A stretch of DNA of 64,000 nt from an uncultured Ruficoccus sp. (GCA_965140785.1 OZ223510.1:224001-288000); one strand, 5' to 3'. Numbered from the stretch's first letter, positions 10,366-22,465 are shown. Made by a program: numbers and translations. Notes: generated by a model not told the origin, from the letters alone.

Positions 10366-11532
10366 TCAGCACGTTCCCAACGGCGTCCAGGCGGCGTTGT
10401 TTTTGGAGCTTTTGAGTACGGCTTCGATGAAAGCCAGACCGCGGATGCCATCCTCGATACCGGGATAATCGGAGGCATACTCCGGGGCAGATTCGCCGGT
10501 TATCCCGGCCCGCAAATCGGCGGCAAAGTTGCGGTAAATATTGGCGAAGGCGTCGTGGTAGCCCTCGGTGTGCCCGGTGGGCAGGCGGCTGTGGGCCTGG
10601 GCGCTGGGGCAGAGGTAGCCATTGCCGGTGCGGTAAATCTGCGTGGGCTGGTCGAGGCGGTGGACGAGGAGGGTGTTGGGCTCCTGCTGGTGCCACTCGA
10701 GTCCGCCTTTTTCGCCGTAGAGCCGGATGCTAAGGGCGTTTTCCTCGCCCACGGAGATTTGGGAGGAGTGCAGAATGCCCTTGGCCCCGCCCTCGAAGCG
10801 CAGAAGGACGTTGCCGTCGTCGTCGAGCACGCGCCCGTCCCCGAAGCAGGTGAGGTCCGCTGCCAGTTCACGGATGCGCAGCCCACTGATGGTCTCGGCT
10901 AAATTCTCGGCGTGGGTGCCGATGTCGCCCATGCAATTGGAGCCGCCGGCCTGTGTCGGGTCGGTGCGCCAGGAGGCCTGCTTCTGTCCGGTAGCTTCGA
11001 CCGGCGTGGCGAGCCAGCCCTGGGGGTACTCCACGATGACCTTGCGGACCTTGCCCAGCTCGCCGCTGCGGACGAGTTCGCGAGCCTGCTTGACCATGGG
11101 GTAGCCGGTGTAGTTATGCGTGAGGCCGTACTTGAGTCCGGTGGTGTCGATCAGTTGCTCCAGTTGGCAGGCCTCGGCCAGGCTGACGGTGGCGGGCTTG
11201 TCCGAGAGCACATGGAAACCCGCCTTGAGCGCGGCCTCCGCGATGGCGAAATGCATCCTATTCGGGGTAACGATAGAGACGAAGTGCATGCGTTGCTCCG
11301 CCGGAAGCTTGGCTTCCTGCTCCATCATGGTCCCGAAGTCCGGATAGCAGCGCTCGGGTTCCAGCAGCAGGCTCTGGCCGAATTCGCGCGAGCGGGCGGC
11401 ATCCGAGCTGAAAGCGCCGCAGACGAGTTCGATCTGGCCGTCCATAGCTGAGGCGGTGCGGTGAACCTGGCCGATGAAGGCGCCGGGCCCGCCGCCCACC
11501 ATGCCCATGCGGATTTTAAAGGGGGGCAACAT
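10366..11532 (-). CDS. Gfo/Idh/MocA oxidoreductase
   Basis: 'GMVGGGPGAFIG', 'DKP', 'GDIGTH'. Confidence 0.85.
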   Translation of the reverse strand: MLPPFKIRMGMVGGGPGAFIGQVHRTASAMDGQIELVCGAFSSDAARSREFGQSLLLEPERCYPDFGTMMEQEAKLPAEQRMHFVSIVTPNRMHFAIAEAALKAGFHVLSDKPATVSLAEACQLEQLIDTTGLKYGLTHNYTGYPMVKQARELVRSGELGKVRKVIVEYPQGWLATPVEATGQKQASWRTDPTQAGGSNCMGDIGTHAENLAETISGLRIRELAADLTCFGDGRVLDDDGNVLLRFEGGAKGILHSSQISVGEENALSIRLYGEKGGLEWHQQEPNTLLVHRLDQPTQIYRTGNGYLCPSAQAHSRLPTGHTEGYHDAFANIYRNFAADLRAGITGESAPEYASDYPGIEDGIRGLAFIEAVLKSSKNNAAWTPLGTC

Positions 11533-11781
11533 AGGAAAGAAGGATAGGGTTAATAAAATTGGAAGCGGAAGCGTTTCGTCGATCGTTACAGCGTGATCGG
11601 GACATCTTCGATGATGGGCCGTGATTCGTCAAAAGATTTTCTGGAGACCGTAACACCCGGATTCACTTATCAAAATTAATGGCCACTGCCTGCCCGGTCG
11701 GGTGGCAGCTGGGCACAACTTGCGTGGCAGGCAACTTCCGCGCTTGCCACGGCGGGCGCGGGCGCTTGCATTGGGACGCTT

Positions 11782-13308
11782 ATGGCAAAAGCGAAGACAG
11801 CCATCACCCCGACGCGGGCCGAGGACTACCCGGAGTGGTACCAGCAGGTCATCAAGGCCGCCGACATGGCGGAAAATTCCCCCGTGCGCGGCTGCATGGT
11901 GATCAAACCCTGGGGTTACACCCTGTGGGAAAACATCCAGCATGTGCTCGACCGGATGTTCAAGGACACCGGGCACGTGAACGCCTATTTCCCGCTTTTC
12001 ATCCCCAAGAGCTACCTGGAAAAGGAAGCCGCCCACGTCGAGGGCTTCGCCAAGGAGTGCGCCGTGGTCACACACTCGCGGCTGGTATCGGACGGGCAGG
12101 GCGGGCTCAAGCCCGACGGTCCGCTGGAGGAACCGCTCATCGTGCGCCCGACCTCTGAGACCATTATCGGCGAAATGTACGCCAAGTGGGTCCAGAGCTA
12201 CCGCGACTTGCCCATCCTGATCAACCAGTGGGCCAATGTCGTGCGCTGGGAGATGCGCACCCGCCTGTTTCTGCGCACTGCGGAATTCCTCTGGCAGGAA
12301 GGGCACACCGTCCACGCCACCGCCGAGGAGGCGATGGAGGAGACACGCAAGATGCTGGCCGTCTACGCCGACTTCGCCGAAAACTTCATGGCCATGCCCG
12401 TCATTTGCGGCGAGAAGACCGCCGGCGAACGCTTCCCAGGGGCGGACCACACCTTTTCCATTGAGGCCATGATGCAGGACCGCAAGGCCCTCCAGGCCGG
12501 AACCAGTCACTTCCTCGGGCAGAATTTCTCAAAGGCCAGCGGGATCAAGTTCCAGAACGAACAGGGTGAGGAAGAGCTTGCCTGGACAACCTCCTGGGGC
12601 GTCTCCACACGCCTGATCGGCGGACTTATCATGACCCACGCCGACGACGACGGCCTCGTGCTGCCGCCGCGTCTGGCCCCCTCGCACATCGTCATCCTGC
12701 CCGTCATGCACAAGCCCGAGACCGCCGCCGCTGTGCTCGAGTACTGCGAGTTCCTGAAAAAGGAATTGCAGGAGCAGACCTTTGCCGGGCGCCGGGTCGA
12801 GGTCGAATTGGACAAGCGCGACCTGCGCGGTGGTGAGAAGCGCTGGGGCTGGATCAAGAAGGGCGTGCCGCTCATTGTCGAGGCAGGCCCACGCGATCTG
12901 GAGAACAACGCCGTCTTTGTCGCCCGCCGTGACACCGGCGAAAAGCAGGGCCTGCCCCGTGACGAGTTTGTCGCCACCGTGGCCGAGCGCCTGCAAGGCA
13001 TTCAGGACGACATGCTCGCCCGCGCCAAGGCCCACCGCGAGGAGAACACCAAGACCCTCGACACGCTGGAAGACTTTAAAGCGTATTTCACCCCGCAGAA
13101 CGCCGAGCGCCCGGAAATCCACGGCGGCTTTGCCATCGCCCACTGGGGCGGCGACGCCGAGGACGAGGACCGCCTGGCCAAGGAGATGAAGGTCACGATC
13201 CGCAACATCCCGCTCGAAGGCCAGTTCGGCTACAACGGGGAGCCCGGCACCTGCATCTACACCGGCAAGCCCAGTGCTCAGCAGGTGATTTTTGCCAAGG
13301 CGTACTAA
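11782..13308 (+). CDS. proS: Proline--tRNA ligase (archaeal/eukaryote-like type)
   Basis: 'RPTSETII', 'FLRTAEFLWQEGHT', 'QAGTSHFLGQNF', C-terminal 'AKAY'. Confidence 0.95.
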   Translation: MAKAKTAITPTRAEDYPEWYQQVIKAADMAENSPVRGCMVIKPWGYTLWENIQHVLDRMFKDTGHVNAYFPLFIPKSYLEKEAAHVEGFAKECAVVTHSRLVSDGQGGLKPDGPLEEPLIVRPTSETIIGEMYAKWVQSYRDLPILINQWANVVRWEMRTRLFLRTAEFLWQEGHTVHATAEEAMEETRKMLAVYADFAENFMAMPVICGEKTAGERFPGADHTFSIEAMMQDRKALQAGTSHFLGQNFSKASGIKFQNEQGEEELAWTTSWGVSTRLIGGLIMTHADDDGLVLPPRLAPSHIVILPVMHKPETAAAVLEYCEFLKKELQEQTFAGRRVEVELDKRDLRGGEKRWGWIKKGVPLIVEAGPRDLENNAVFVARRDTGEKQGLPRDEFVATVAERLQGIQDDMLARAKAHREENTKTLDTLEDFKAYFTPQNAERPEIHGGFAIAHWGGDAEDEDRLAKEMKVTIRNIPLEGQFGYNGEPGTCIYTGKPSAQQVIFAKAY

Positions 13309-13342
13309 ATGACATCCGGTTAGGGTCGATGAGGTCAGGGCG

Positions 13343-15274
13343 ATGAATGCGCTGCTCAAGTATCGGCCGGAGGTGGATGGCCTGCGGACAATTGCGGTCG
13401 GCGGAGTCATCCTGTTTCATTATAATCCGGCCTGGCTGAGCGGCGGCTTTCTCGGAGTGGACGTTTTTTTCGTCATCTCCGGCTACCTGCTCACGGCGAT
13501 CATCCACCGGGAACTTCATGAGGGGCGGTTTTCCTTCCTGCGCTTCTGGCTGCGCCGTCTGCGCCGCCTGTACCCGGCGCTGGTCACGATGGTTCTCGGG
13601 GTGGCGCTGGTGGGAAACTACCTCCAGTTCGGCCAAGCGCGGGAGGCGTTGCCCATGCAGGCGCTGGCGGCGGTCTTCTCCTTTTCCAATATCTTACTGT
13701 GGGCGACGACCAGCGGCTACTGGGCGCAGGATACCGGCAGCATCGCGCTGTTGCACACCTGGTCGCTCTCGCTGGAGGAGCATTTTTATCTCTTTTTACC
13801 GGTTTTCCTGTTTCTCATTTACCACTTTCGCCGCCGATGGCTGACCGCCTCGCTGTGGATCTGCACCGTGCTGAGTCTCGCCCTGTGCATTTACGCCAGC
13901 TACCATCACCGTGAGGCCGCTTTTTTCTGGCTGCCGACACGGGCCTGGGAACTGCTGATCGGTAGTCTGCTGGCGATCAAACTGCCGGACGGACACTGCC
14001 CCGGCGAAAAAAGAGGCTGGGAGCCATGGGCGGCGGGGTTGGGTCTCGTGCTGATCGTGTTGTCCTTTGTTTTCATCGGGGAGGAAGCACACTTCCCCTC
14101 GGCCTGGCCGCTGCCCGCCTGCCTGGGGACGGCGGCGATTCTGGCCTTCGGACGGCACGGCGGCTGGGTGAAAACCCTCCTCGCGCTACCGCCGGTACGG
14201 CTGCTGGGGGTGATCTCGTATTCGCTCTATCTGTGGCACTGGCCGATCCTTGTCTTCACGGGGTATTACCCGGCCTGGAACAACCCTTGGCTGTTCCTCG
14301 GTTTGTTATTGGCGGTGTCGACATTGAGCTATGCGCTGGTCGAGGCGCCTTGCCGTAAGAACAACCGGCGCACGGTGATTTTTCTAGCCGGATCGTTTGT
14401 GCCGTTGGCGTGTGCGATCGGGGCGCTCTTGCTAACTCCCCGCAATCCCTGGCTACCGCCCGAAATGGCCAATCTCGATGCCCCCGACAGCTACGAGGCG
14501 GGCGGGCGCTACGACGCCAAAAACCTCATGCTCGCCGGTGAGTACGGCCTCAAAATCGGGGACGACGACGTTGCACCGCAGGTCATGCTGGTGGGCTCTT
14601 CGCACGCCATGCCCTACGAGCAAGCGCTGATCGATTTCGAAAAAGCCAACGGCGGGGGCGTCCTCCTCTCGGCCACTTCGGGCGTCGAGCTGACCGATGG
14701 TCTGTCACGGGCCCGGGAAGAGCTGCTTATTGGCCAACGCCTTGAGCATGCCTACGACTGGATCAACCTGCTCAAGCTCGATTACGTCGCCCGCTACCAC
14801 CCGCAGGTGGTGATCGTCGCCGGACGCTGGGACCTGTCCCTGGCGAACGAACCGGACTTCGCCGACCGCCTGCGGGAGGAAATCACCTTTTTAGCCGAAA
14901 ACGCCGGGCACGTCCTCGTCCTCGAACAGGTGCCAATGGGGGATCTTCCTGCCGCCTACGGCAAATCCGTCCGCATTTACCTGCTGGCGTTGGCCCGCTC
15001 GGGCAAAGAAGGGGTCTTCCAACCAGCCCCGGAGGTCGTGGCGGCCAACCAACTGGTGCGCGAGGTAATCGCGGAGCTTGACCGGCCCAATGTGGAACTG
15101 CTCGACCCTACGCCGCTGTTGACGAACGACGAAGGCGACATTCTCCCGATCCAGGACGGCAACCTCCTCTACTACGACGCCGACCACCTGAACCTTTATG
15201 GCGCAGCCCGGGTCTTTGACGCACTGCTAGAACCGCGCCTGAAACAGCTGCTGGCGAGCGAGGGCAAAGACTGA
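13343..15274 (+). CDS. Acyltransferase-3 plus SGNH domain O-acetyltransferase (OafA/OatA-like)
   Basis: 'YRPEVDGLR', 'GVDVFFVISGYL', 'HTWSLSLEE'; C-terminal 'GSSHA' and 'DADHL'. Confidence 0.88.
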   Translation: MNALLKYRPEVDGLRTIAVGGVILFHYNPAWLSGGFLGVDVFFVISGYLLTAIIHRELHEGRFSFLRFWLRRLRRLYPALVTMVLGVALVGNYLQFGQAREALPMQALAAVFSFSNILLWATTSGYWAQDTGSIALLHTWSLSLEEHFYLFLPVFLFLIYHFRRRWLTASLWICTVLSLALCIYASYHHREAAFFWLPTRAWELLIGSLLAIKLPDGHCPGEKRGWEPWAAGLGLVLIVLSFVFIGEEAHFPSAWPLPACLGTAAILAFGRHGGWVKTLLALPPVRLLGVISYSLYLWHWPILVFTGYYPAWNNPWLFLGLLLAVSTLSYALVEAPCRKNNRRTVIFLAGSFVPLACAIGALLLTPRNPWLPPEMANLDAPDSYEAGGRYDAKNLMLAGEYGLKIGDDDVAPQVMLVGSSHAMPYEQALIDFEKANGGGVLLSATSGVELTDGLSRAREELLIGQRLEHAYDWINLLKLDYVARYHPQVVIVAGRWDLSLANEPDFADRLREEITFLAENAGHVLVLEQVPMGDLPAAYGKSVRIYLLALARSGKEGVFQPAPEVVAANQLVREVIAELDRPNVELLDPTPLLTNDEGDILPIQDGNLLYYDADHLNLYGAARVFDALLEPRLKQLLASEGKD

Positions 15275-15334
15275 GCCCCGCATCCGGAGGACCAAGAATC
15301 CTTATCCGCGGACAAGCAGGGGTAAACCGCACGC

Positions 15335-15868
15335 CTAGTTTTGTTCTTTGGTCTGCCTTTTCAGCGCGAAATAGGCTTGGAGCAATTCACGGCACTCGTC
15401 CTCGAAGACGCCGCCGCGCGGGTGGACGCGGTGGTTGAGGCCGGGAACCTCGTGCAGGGGAGTGGCTCCGCCGAGGCAGCCCATCTTCGGGTCGGGTACG
15501 GCGAAGACGACATCGCTCAGGCGGGACATGATGCTGGCTCCCGAGCACATGGGGCAAGGCTCCTTGGTCACGTAGAGGGTCGCGCCGTTGAGCCGCCAGT
15601 CGCCGATGGCGTTGGCCGCCTGGGTGATGGCCAGCATCTCGGCGTGGGCGGTCGGGTCGGCGGTGCTTTGGGTTGCGTTGTGGGCGGCGGCGATGACCTC
15701 GCCGTTGAGCACGATGACCGCGCCGATGGGCACCTCGTCCATGCGCCAGGCGTCGATGGCGAGGTTGTAGGCCAGCTTCATGAAAAACGTGTCGTCACGC
15801 TGAAGCTGTGACGGATAAACCTTTTCAAACGGACAGGGCAGGGGAGGACGTTCGCTGTGATCGTGCAT
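15335..15868 (-). CDS. tadA: tRNA adenosine(34) deaminase
   Basis: 'EVPIGA', 'HAE', 'EPCPMC'. Confidence 0.9.
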   Translation of the reverse strand: MHDHSERPPLPCPFEKVYPSQLQRDDTFFMKLAYNLAIDAWRMDEVPIGAVIVLNGEVIAAAHNATQSTADPTAHAEMLAITQAANAIGDWRLNGATLYVTKEPCPMCSGASIMSRLSDVVFAVPDPKMGCLGGATPLHEVPGLNHRVHPRGGVFEDECRELLQAYFALKRQTKEQN

Positions 15869-15891
15869 GGAGGCGGAATCGTTCAAATACA

Positions 15892-16086
15892 GGTCACAAA
15901 GAACACGAAGGAGACACGAAGGGCACGAAGAAAAATCTTCAGAATATGGATGCTGCTGCTATTGCCAGGCTATTTCTTTAGCACACGTTCTGAACAAATA
16001 ATCCATCACCGCCGATAGCCGTATCCGAATTGTTTTAGCTAAAAAATCTTCGTGCTCTTCGTGTCATCTTCGCGGACTTCGTGACC
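15892..16086. repeat. Palindromic intergenic element with CACGAAG-periodic arms and an AT-rich core
   Basis: GGTCACAAAGAACACGAAGGAGACACGAAGGGCACGAAG ... CTTCGTGCTCTTCGTGTCATCTTCGCGGACTTCGTGACC. Confidence 0.75.
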
Positions 16087-16106
16087 CATCCTTTTTTTTC
16101 AAAAAC

Positions 16107-17627
16107 TCAGCCGAAGAGCTGGTTCATTTCGGTCTCGTCGAGGACGCGGCAGCGGCGATAGCCCTTGCCGCTGGCCGGGAGGGTGTCGGCGAAGCCCGCC
16201 CGCGCCTCGGCGGAGTCGAACTCCATCCCGATGAGGGCGCGGCCCACGCGCTCGCCCGAGTAGCGGTAGTTGAAGTAGCAGAAGTTGCCGCGCCCGCGGA
16301 CGGTGCCGTCGAGAAAGGCGTGCATGGCGCCGGGACGCTCGTAGAACTCCAGTTCGAGGAGCAGCGGGTGCGTCAACAGGCGGGCTTCGCAAGCAATAGC
16401 GCGGTAGCGCACTTCGACCGAGTTATCCACCTCGGTGAACGCGTAGCCGTTGGCGTGCAGGCGCTCGACGAGGGCGGCATGCTCAGGCTCGGAGCACGAG
16501 AGCCCGAACACCGGCCAGGCCTGATCCGGATGGCGCTTGCCGTACTGAAAGTCAATGATGTTGAGCGAGCCCAGGCCCGTCTCCAGCAGGGCGAGCATGG
16601 CGCCGGGGCGCTCCGGGATCTCGATACGCAGGTGTCGCCGGTGCCCGCCGCCGATACCGGCGGCGTCGGCGATACGGGCGAGCTGGCCGAAGTCGAGATT
16701 CGCCCCCGTGGCCACGACAAGCGCCCGCTCGAAGGGGTGCTGGGCGCGGTCTTTCAACAGCCCGGCCAGCCCCATCGCGCCGGAGGGTTCCTGCAGGCAG
16801 CGCAGACGCTCCCAGTACAGGCGGATGGCGTCGGAGACTTCCTCGTTCGTCACGGTGATGACCTCGTCGAGCACTTCGCGGCAGACTTGGAAGGTCGTTG
16901 CACCCGCCTTGCGGACCGCCGTGCCGTCGCAAAAGATGTCCAGCGCATCCAGTCCGACCGGCTGGCCCGCCTTGAGCGCGACCTGCATTGATGCCTGACC
17001 GACGCCCTCCACACCGACCACGCGGATGTCCGGGTAAAAAGTTTTCAACCAGTTGGCCACACCTCCGGCCATTCCGCCGCCGCCGATCTGAAGATAAGCC
17101 ACATCGAACGGGCCTTCGCCGGACATGACCGCCTCGTCCGCCAGCGTAGCCTGCCCGGCCATCACCTGGAGGTCGTCGTAAGCGTGGATGTAGATGCCGC
17201 CGGTGGCTTTGGCCTGCTCCATCGCTGCCGAGTAAGCATCGTCATAGCTGTCGCCGTGGAGGACAATCTCAACCGCTTCGCCCCCGTGGCGCTGGACGGC
17301 ATTACGCTTCACGGCCGGGGTCGTCACGGGCATGAAGACCTGTGCCTTTAGCCCCAGCAGCCGCGCCGCCAGCGCCACACCCTGAGCGTGGTTGCCCGCC
17401 GAGGCGGCCAGGACGGGCTTCGCGGCCTCCTCGGGCGTCAGCAACGCCATGCGGTTAAACGCGCCTCGCCACTTGTAGGCCTTGATCGGGCAGAGGTCCT
17501 CGCGTTTGACAAAGACCTGGCCGGGGCCGTCGAGTTCGATTAGCTCCAGCGGCGTGGGCGCACCAGCGCGGTAAACACGCTGGCGGGCGAAGAGCGTTTC
17601 CTGGCGCAGTTGTCTGAGTAAATCCAT
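16107..17627 (-). CDS. ilvA: Threonine ammonia-lyase (biosynthetic, with ACT-like domains)
   Basis: 'KREDL..IKAYKWRGA', 'SAGNHAQG', 'IGGGG', two C-terminal 'ERPGA' repeats. Confidence 0.9.
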   Translation of the reverse strand: MDLLRQLRQETLFARQRVYRAGAPTPLELIELDGPGQVFVKREDLCPIKAYKWRGAFNRMALLTPEEAAKPVLAASAGNHAQGVALAARLLGLKAQVFMPVTTPAVKRNAVQRHGGEAVEIVLHGDSYDDAYSAAMEQAKATGGIYIHAYDDLQVMAGQATLADEAVMSGEGPFDVAYLQIGGGGMAGGVANWLKTFYPDIRVVGVEGVGQASMQVALKAGQPVGLDALDIFCDGTAVRKAGATTFQVCREVLDEVITVTNEEVSDAIRLYWERLRCLQEPSGAMGLAGLLKDRAQHPFERALVVATGANLDFGQLARIADAAGIGGGHRRHLRIEIPERPGAMLALLETGLGSLNIIDFQYGKRHPDQAWPVFGLSCSEPEHAALVERLHANGYAFTEVDNSVEVRYRAIACEARLLTHPLLLELEFYERPGAMHAFLDGTVRGRGNFCYFNYRYSGERVGRALIGMEFDSAEARAGFADTLPASGKGYRRCRVLDETEMNQLFG

Positions 17628-17687
17628 GAGCAGGGAAGCGAAAACAATGACACCGTTCCCGCCTCAAGGCAAAGGCGAAACGTCAGT

Positions 17688-17813
17688 ATTGCGGGCTTCC
17701 GAAGCCCGCACCCGCGGCAGGCATAGCCTGCACTTTCGATGCTTCGCATCGCGTCTGGGATTGCTGCTTGCAGCGTCGCTGCAAGCAGCAATCCCAGAGG
17801 AGCATCCAAACTG
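17688..17813. repeat. Four-hairpin structured repeat, copy 1
   Basis: Shares ATTGCGGGCTT..AGCCCGC.CCCGCGGCAGGCATAGCCTGCACTT.CGATGC with 27402-27534. Confidence 0.75.
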
Positions 17814-17874
17814 AGTCGCAATCCCAAAACTTACCTACGGAACTTAGGTATCGAGACACAAGTATCAGTCACAC

Positions 17875-17906
17875 AAAAAAAGCCGGCCCCCAAAAGGGCC
17901 GACTTT
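17875..17906 (-). terminator. Probable intrinsic terminator downstream of fbaB
   Basis: GGCCC/GGGCC stem with a run of A on the + strand (U-tract on the - strand). Confidence 0.5.
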
Positions 17907-17926
17907 GAAAGAGCAGAGCGTACGCA

Positions 17927-17975
17927 CTCCTCACGGGGCAGCGGCCTTTCTGGCCGCGATGGGGCGCAGCCCCAT
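17927..17975. repeat. REP-like palindromic unit (GCGGCC-TTTCT-GGCCGC + GGGGCGCAGCCCC), second copy at 34700-34746
   Basis: Direct sequence similarity between the two loci; related GGGGC..GCCCC hairpins at ~18054, ~34573 and ~34773. Confidence 0.6.
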
Positions 17976-18091
17976 GAGTGATGCGAAGCATCACAGGTGC
18001 AGGAGTCCGGCTGGACCAGCTTTTTGCGTTGCCGGGGTAGGCACGCAGTGCCGTAGGGGCTTGCCCCCTCATTGCCAGCGGGTGCAACCCG

Positions 18092-19159
18092 TTAGGCGAT
18101 GGTGACGTCTTTGCAGAGGTACACGTCCTGAATGGCGTTGAGGAGCTTGACACCTTCCTTCATCGGGCGCTGGAAGGCCTTGCGGCCAGAGATGAGGCCC
18201 GTACCGCCGGCCCGCTTGTTGACCACAGCAGTCTTGACGGCATCGCCGAAGTCGTTTGCCCCGGAAGCGCCGCCGGAATTGATCAAACCCTGACGGCCCA
18301 TGTAGCAGTTGGCCACCTGGTAGCGGGTCAGATCGATCGGGTGGTCGGTGGTCAGCTCGGTGTAAACGCGCTCGTCGATCTTGCCATAGCTGGAGTTGCC
18401 CATGTTGAGGGCCTTATAGCCGCCGTTGTTTTCGGGAAGCTTTTGCTTGATGATGTCGGCCTGAATAGTGACGCCGAGGTGGTTGGCCTGGCCGGTCAGG
18501 TCGGCGGACACGTGGTAGTCGGTGCCGTCTTTCTTAAAGGCGCTGTTGCGCAGGTAGCACCACAGAACGGTGGCCATGCCCAGCTCGTGAGCGCGGGCGA
18601 AAGCCTCGGAGACCTCGATGATCTGGCGGTTGGACTCCTCGGAGCCGAAGTAGATGGTCGCCCCAACCGCAGCCGCGCCCATGTCGTAGGCCTGCTCGAC
18701 CGAGCCGAACATGATCTGGTCGGCCTGGTTCGGGTAGCTCAGGAGCTGGTTGTGGTTGATTTTGACGAGAAAGGGAATCTTGTGCGCGTACTTGCGGGCG
18801 ACCGAGCCGAGTACGCCGAAGGTCGAGGCGACGGCGTTGCAGCCGCCCTCAAGGGCGAGCTTGACGATGTTTTCGCTGTCGAAGTAGTCGGGGTTCTTGG
18901 CAAAGGAGGCGCCGCCGCTGTGCTCGATGCCCTGGTCCACGGGCAGGATGCTGACGTAGCCGGTGCCGGAGAGGCGCCCGGTGTGGAAGATCCAGTTGAG
19001 ATTGTTGAGAACGCGCTGATTGCGATCGCTCGGGGCAAAGATGCGGTCCACGAAATCGCCGCCGGGCAGGTGGAGGCGGTCCTTGCTGATGGTCTTGCAT
19101 TCGTGTGAGAGGAGGTCCTTGGCGTCGGAGCCGAGGTATTCTTCGATCTTGTTGATCAT
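18092..19159 (-). CDS. fbaB: Class I fructose-bisphosphate aldolase (DhnA/FbaB)
   Basis: '[10 protein letters not shown]', 'ADIIKQK', '[10 protein letters not shown]'. Confidence 0.93.
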   Translation of the reverse strand: MINKIEEYLGSDAKDLLSHECKTISKDRLHLPGGDFVDRIFAPSDRNQRVLNNLNWIFHTGRLSGTGYVSILPVDQGIEHSGGASFAKNPDYFDSENIVKLALEGGCNAVASTFGVLGSVARKYAHKIPFLVKINHNQLLSYPNQADQIMFGSVEQAYDMGAAAVGATIYFGSEESNRQIIEVSEAFARAHELGMATVLWCYLRNSAFKKDGTDYHVSADLTGQANHLGVTIQADIIKQKLPENNGGYKALNMGNSSYGKIDERVYTELTTDHPIDLTRYQVANCYMGRQGLINSGGASGANDFGDAVKTAVVNKRAGGTGLISGRKAFQRPMKEGVKLLNAIQDVYLCKDVTIA

Positions 19160-19427
19160 AGTGGGTCAGGGTGTTGCGGTTCAGATGAAGGGTGAGACGC
19201 GCTAATTAAATGCCGGGTACCGGGCTCGCGCAAGTCGGGAATACAAAAGAGCGGGCAGGGCAGGGGATTTTAGAGGGTGGCATTTTTCCTGCTAATCCGG
19301 TGAATTAAAATAATTGGGTGTCGCGGAGCAGAAATAGCCACGCGAGGCTTAATTAATGTTGATTTTGAGCGGATGCACTATAAGTTGCACTGCTTCACAA
19401 CGCACAATATTCAAAAGTTAAGCACAC

Positions 19428-20459
<1,032 letters not shown>

Positions 20460-20492
20460 GTCCAAAGCTTAGCTCTTCAAAAAACCATTTCC

Positions 20493-20527
20493 AAGCCGGG
20501 CTCCATCGCGGGGTCCGGCTTTTTTTT
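20493..20527 (+). terminator. Intrinsic terminator after fbaA
   Basis: AAGCCGGGCTCC...GGGGTCCGGCTT followed by a T-tract. Confidence 0.75.
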
Positions 20528-20528
20528 G

Positions 20529-20600
20529 TTTAACCACGGATGACACGGATAGCACAGATGAAGAAAAGTATCCGTGTTATCCGTGAAATCCGTGGTTAAA
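20529..20600. repeat. Palindromic element with CACGGAT-periodic arms (a related half-arm at 20653-20680)
   Basis: TTTAACCACGGATGACACGGATAGCACAGAT ... ATCCGTGTTATCCGTGAAATCCGTGGTTAAA. Confidence 0.75.
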
Positions 20601-20747
20601 TATTGGTTATCTAATCAAGCGCGAGAATTGGCATGACTCTCTCCATTTAACCTCTGTGCGCTCTGTGTCCTCTGTGGTTGCATCCCAAAAGCCTTTCCGG
20701 TTTTGGATTGCCCTTTGCGCCTGCCTGTGGCTTAGCTGACGCCTCGC

Positions 20748-21596
20748 ATGTTCAAGTACGTTCACCCGACGATTTTTTCCTTCGACGTGGAGTGGATCCC
20801 GGACCCGAAGGCCGCGCAGATGCTCTTCGGCGTTCCCTACGATCCGCCGTACAACACGCACGATGCTTTTCGGAAAATCTGGGCCGAATCCGGTGCCACG
20901 CCGGAGCAGCCGCGCCCGTGGGTAAAAACTTCCCTGTGCCGGATCGTTTCGATCTGTGGGATTTTCCGCGAGGCCGGACCTTCGGGCGGCGTTTCGCTGA
21001 AACTGGTGTCGATGCCACCCGATGCCGCCGACCCGGAGAAGTGCGCCGAACCGTACATCCTCGAAATGTTCCTCAAGGCTGTGGGCGGTCGCAAGCCGCA
21101 GTTGGTGGGCTTCAACTCGGTCAACGCCGATGTGCCGATCATTGTGCAGCGGGCGATCATCCACGGACTGGACAGCCATGGCTTCGCCAAGCGCCCGGAA
21201 AAGCCGTGGGAAGGGGTGGACTATTTTTCCAACGCGGGGGATTTCCATGTGGACCTCTCGCCGGGGTTGGCCCGCGGCACCAACACCCCGCGCCTGCACG
21301 AGATCGCGACCCTCAGCGGCATCCCGGGTAAAATCGACACGGCAGGCGACCAGGTCTGGGACCTGTACCTGCGCGGACGCACGGACCAGATCGTCAACTA
21401 CAACGAGTGCGACGCCTTCACCACGCACCTGCTCTGGGCACGCATGGCGCACTTCGCCGGACTTTTAGACAAAAAAGCTTACGCCACCGAGCAGCAGGCC
21501 GTCCGCCAACTCTTGGAGGAAGCGGCCTCCCAGGGCAAAGAACACCTGAGCACTTACATCCGCAAGTGGGATGAACTTCAGGAAATGATGCGATAA
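20748..21596 (+). CDS. Stand-alone 3'-5' exonuclease (PolB-like DEDD)
   Basis: ExoI 'FDVEW', ExoII 'VGFNSVNAD', ExoIII 'YNECD'. Confidence 0.8.
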   Translation: MFKYVHPTIFSFDVEWIPDPKAAQMLFGVPYDPPYNTHDAFRKIWAESGATPEQPRPWVKTSLCRIVSICGIFREAGPSGGVSLKLVSMPPDAADPEKCAEPYILEMFLKAVGGRKPQLVGFNSVNADVPIIVQRAIIHGLDSHGFAKRPEKPWEGVDYFSNAGDFHVDLSPGLARGTNTPRLHEIATLSGIPGKIDTAGDQVWDLYLRGRTDQIVNYNECDAFTTHLLWARMAHFAGLLDKKAYATEQQAVRQLLEEAASQGKEHLSTYIRKWDELQEMMR

Positions 21597-21712
21597 CCTT
21601 TAGCAGTGATCAAAACCTTTGGCCGGGCTTGGGTTGCCTAATGGAGACTTGCTTAGACCAGTGAATTAACCGACGATCAAACAGGTTTTACTGATAAAAA
21701 CCGCCATTCGAG

Positions 21713-22465
21713 ATGACTGTAAAAAGAGGCGATATCTTACGTAAATTGCTTTTTAAGGTGCTGCCCTTTGAAGCCTATCTGACCGTACTGAGCCGGGGCT
21801 TTTTCTCTCGTTACGACAGTGGCAGGCTGAAGGCAGATCCGCTTTACAAATACCACTACTATCTGGCCACCCAGATCCGGACGGGGCAAACCGTCGTGGA
21901 TATCGGTGCCAACCTTGGCTACTACACGCGACTGTTTTCCCGCTGGGTTGGCGCGTCAGGGCAGGTACATGCCTTTGAACCCGTTCGACCGATTTTCAAT
22001 GTGCTCAGCCGCAACACCCGGGACTGTGCAAATGTAAAGCTCTATAACTGCGCGCTTGGAAATGAAGACAAGCCGATCAAACTGGGCAACAACTCGCGGC
22101 GGCACCAAAGCTTTATTTCCTCTGGCGAACATTTTGTCATCGACGATCCGAAACAAGACAGTGCCTGTGACGAATTTGAGGCCAGCATGTGCGATGCGCG
22201 TAAGCTATTCGAGGATTTTGAGCGCATAGACTTTATAAAATGTGACGTGGAAGGCTACGAAGTGGTTATTCTTCCGCTTTTGGCACCGGTGATTCAGCGC
22301 CATCGCCCCAAACTTCTGGTAGAGAGCGGCGGAGAAAAGCGGCAGCAAGTCCTGAACTTGATGGAGGGGCTGGAGTACGATGCTTATGTGCTAGTCTCAG
22401 ACGGCCTGAAAAAAGCCACCGAGGTTGAAGCCGAAGACGATATTCTGTTCATTCCCCGAGCTTGA
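21713..22465 (+). CDS. FkbM family methyltransferase
   Basis: 'VDIGANLGYY', 'AFEP', 'IKCDVEGYE'. Confidence 0.88.
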   Translation: MTVKRGDILRKLLFKVLPFEAYLTVLSRGFFSRYDSGRLKADPLYKYHYYLATQIRTGQTVVDIGANLGYYTRLFSRWVGASGQVHAFEPVRPIFNVLSRNTRDCANVKLYNCALGNEDKPIKLGNNSRRHQSFISSGEHFVIDDPKQDSACDEFEASMCDARKLFEDFERIDFIKCDVEGYEVVILPLLAPVIQRHRPKLLVESGGEKRQQVLNLMEGLEYDAYVLVSDGLKKATEVEAEDDILFIPRA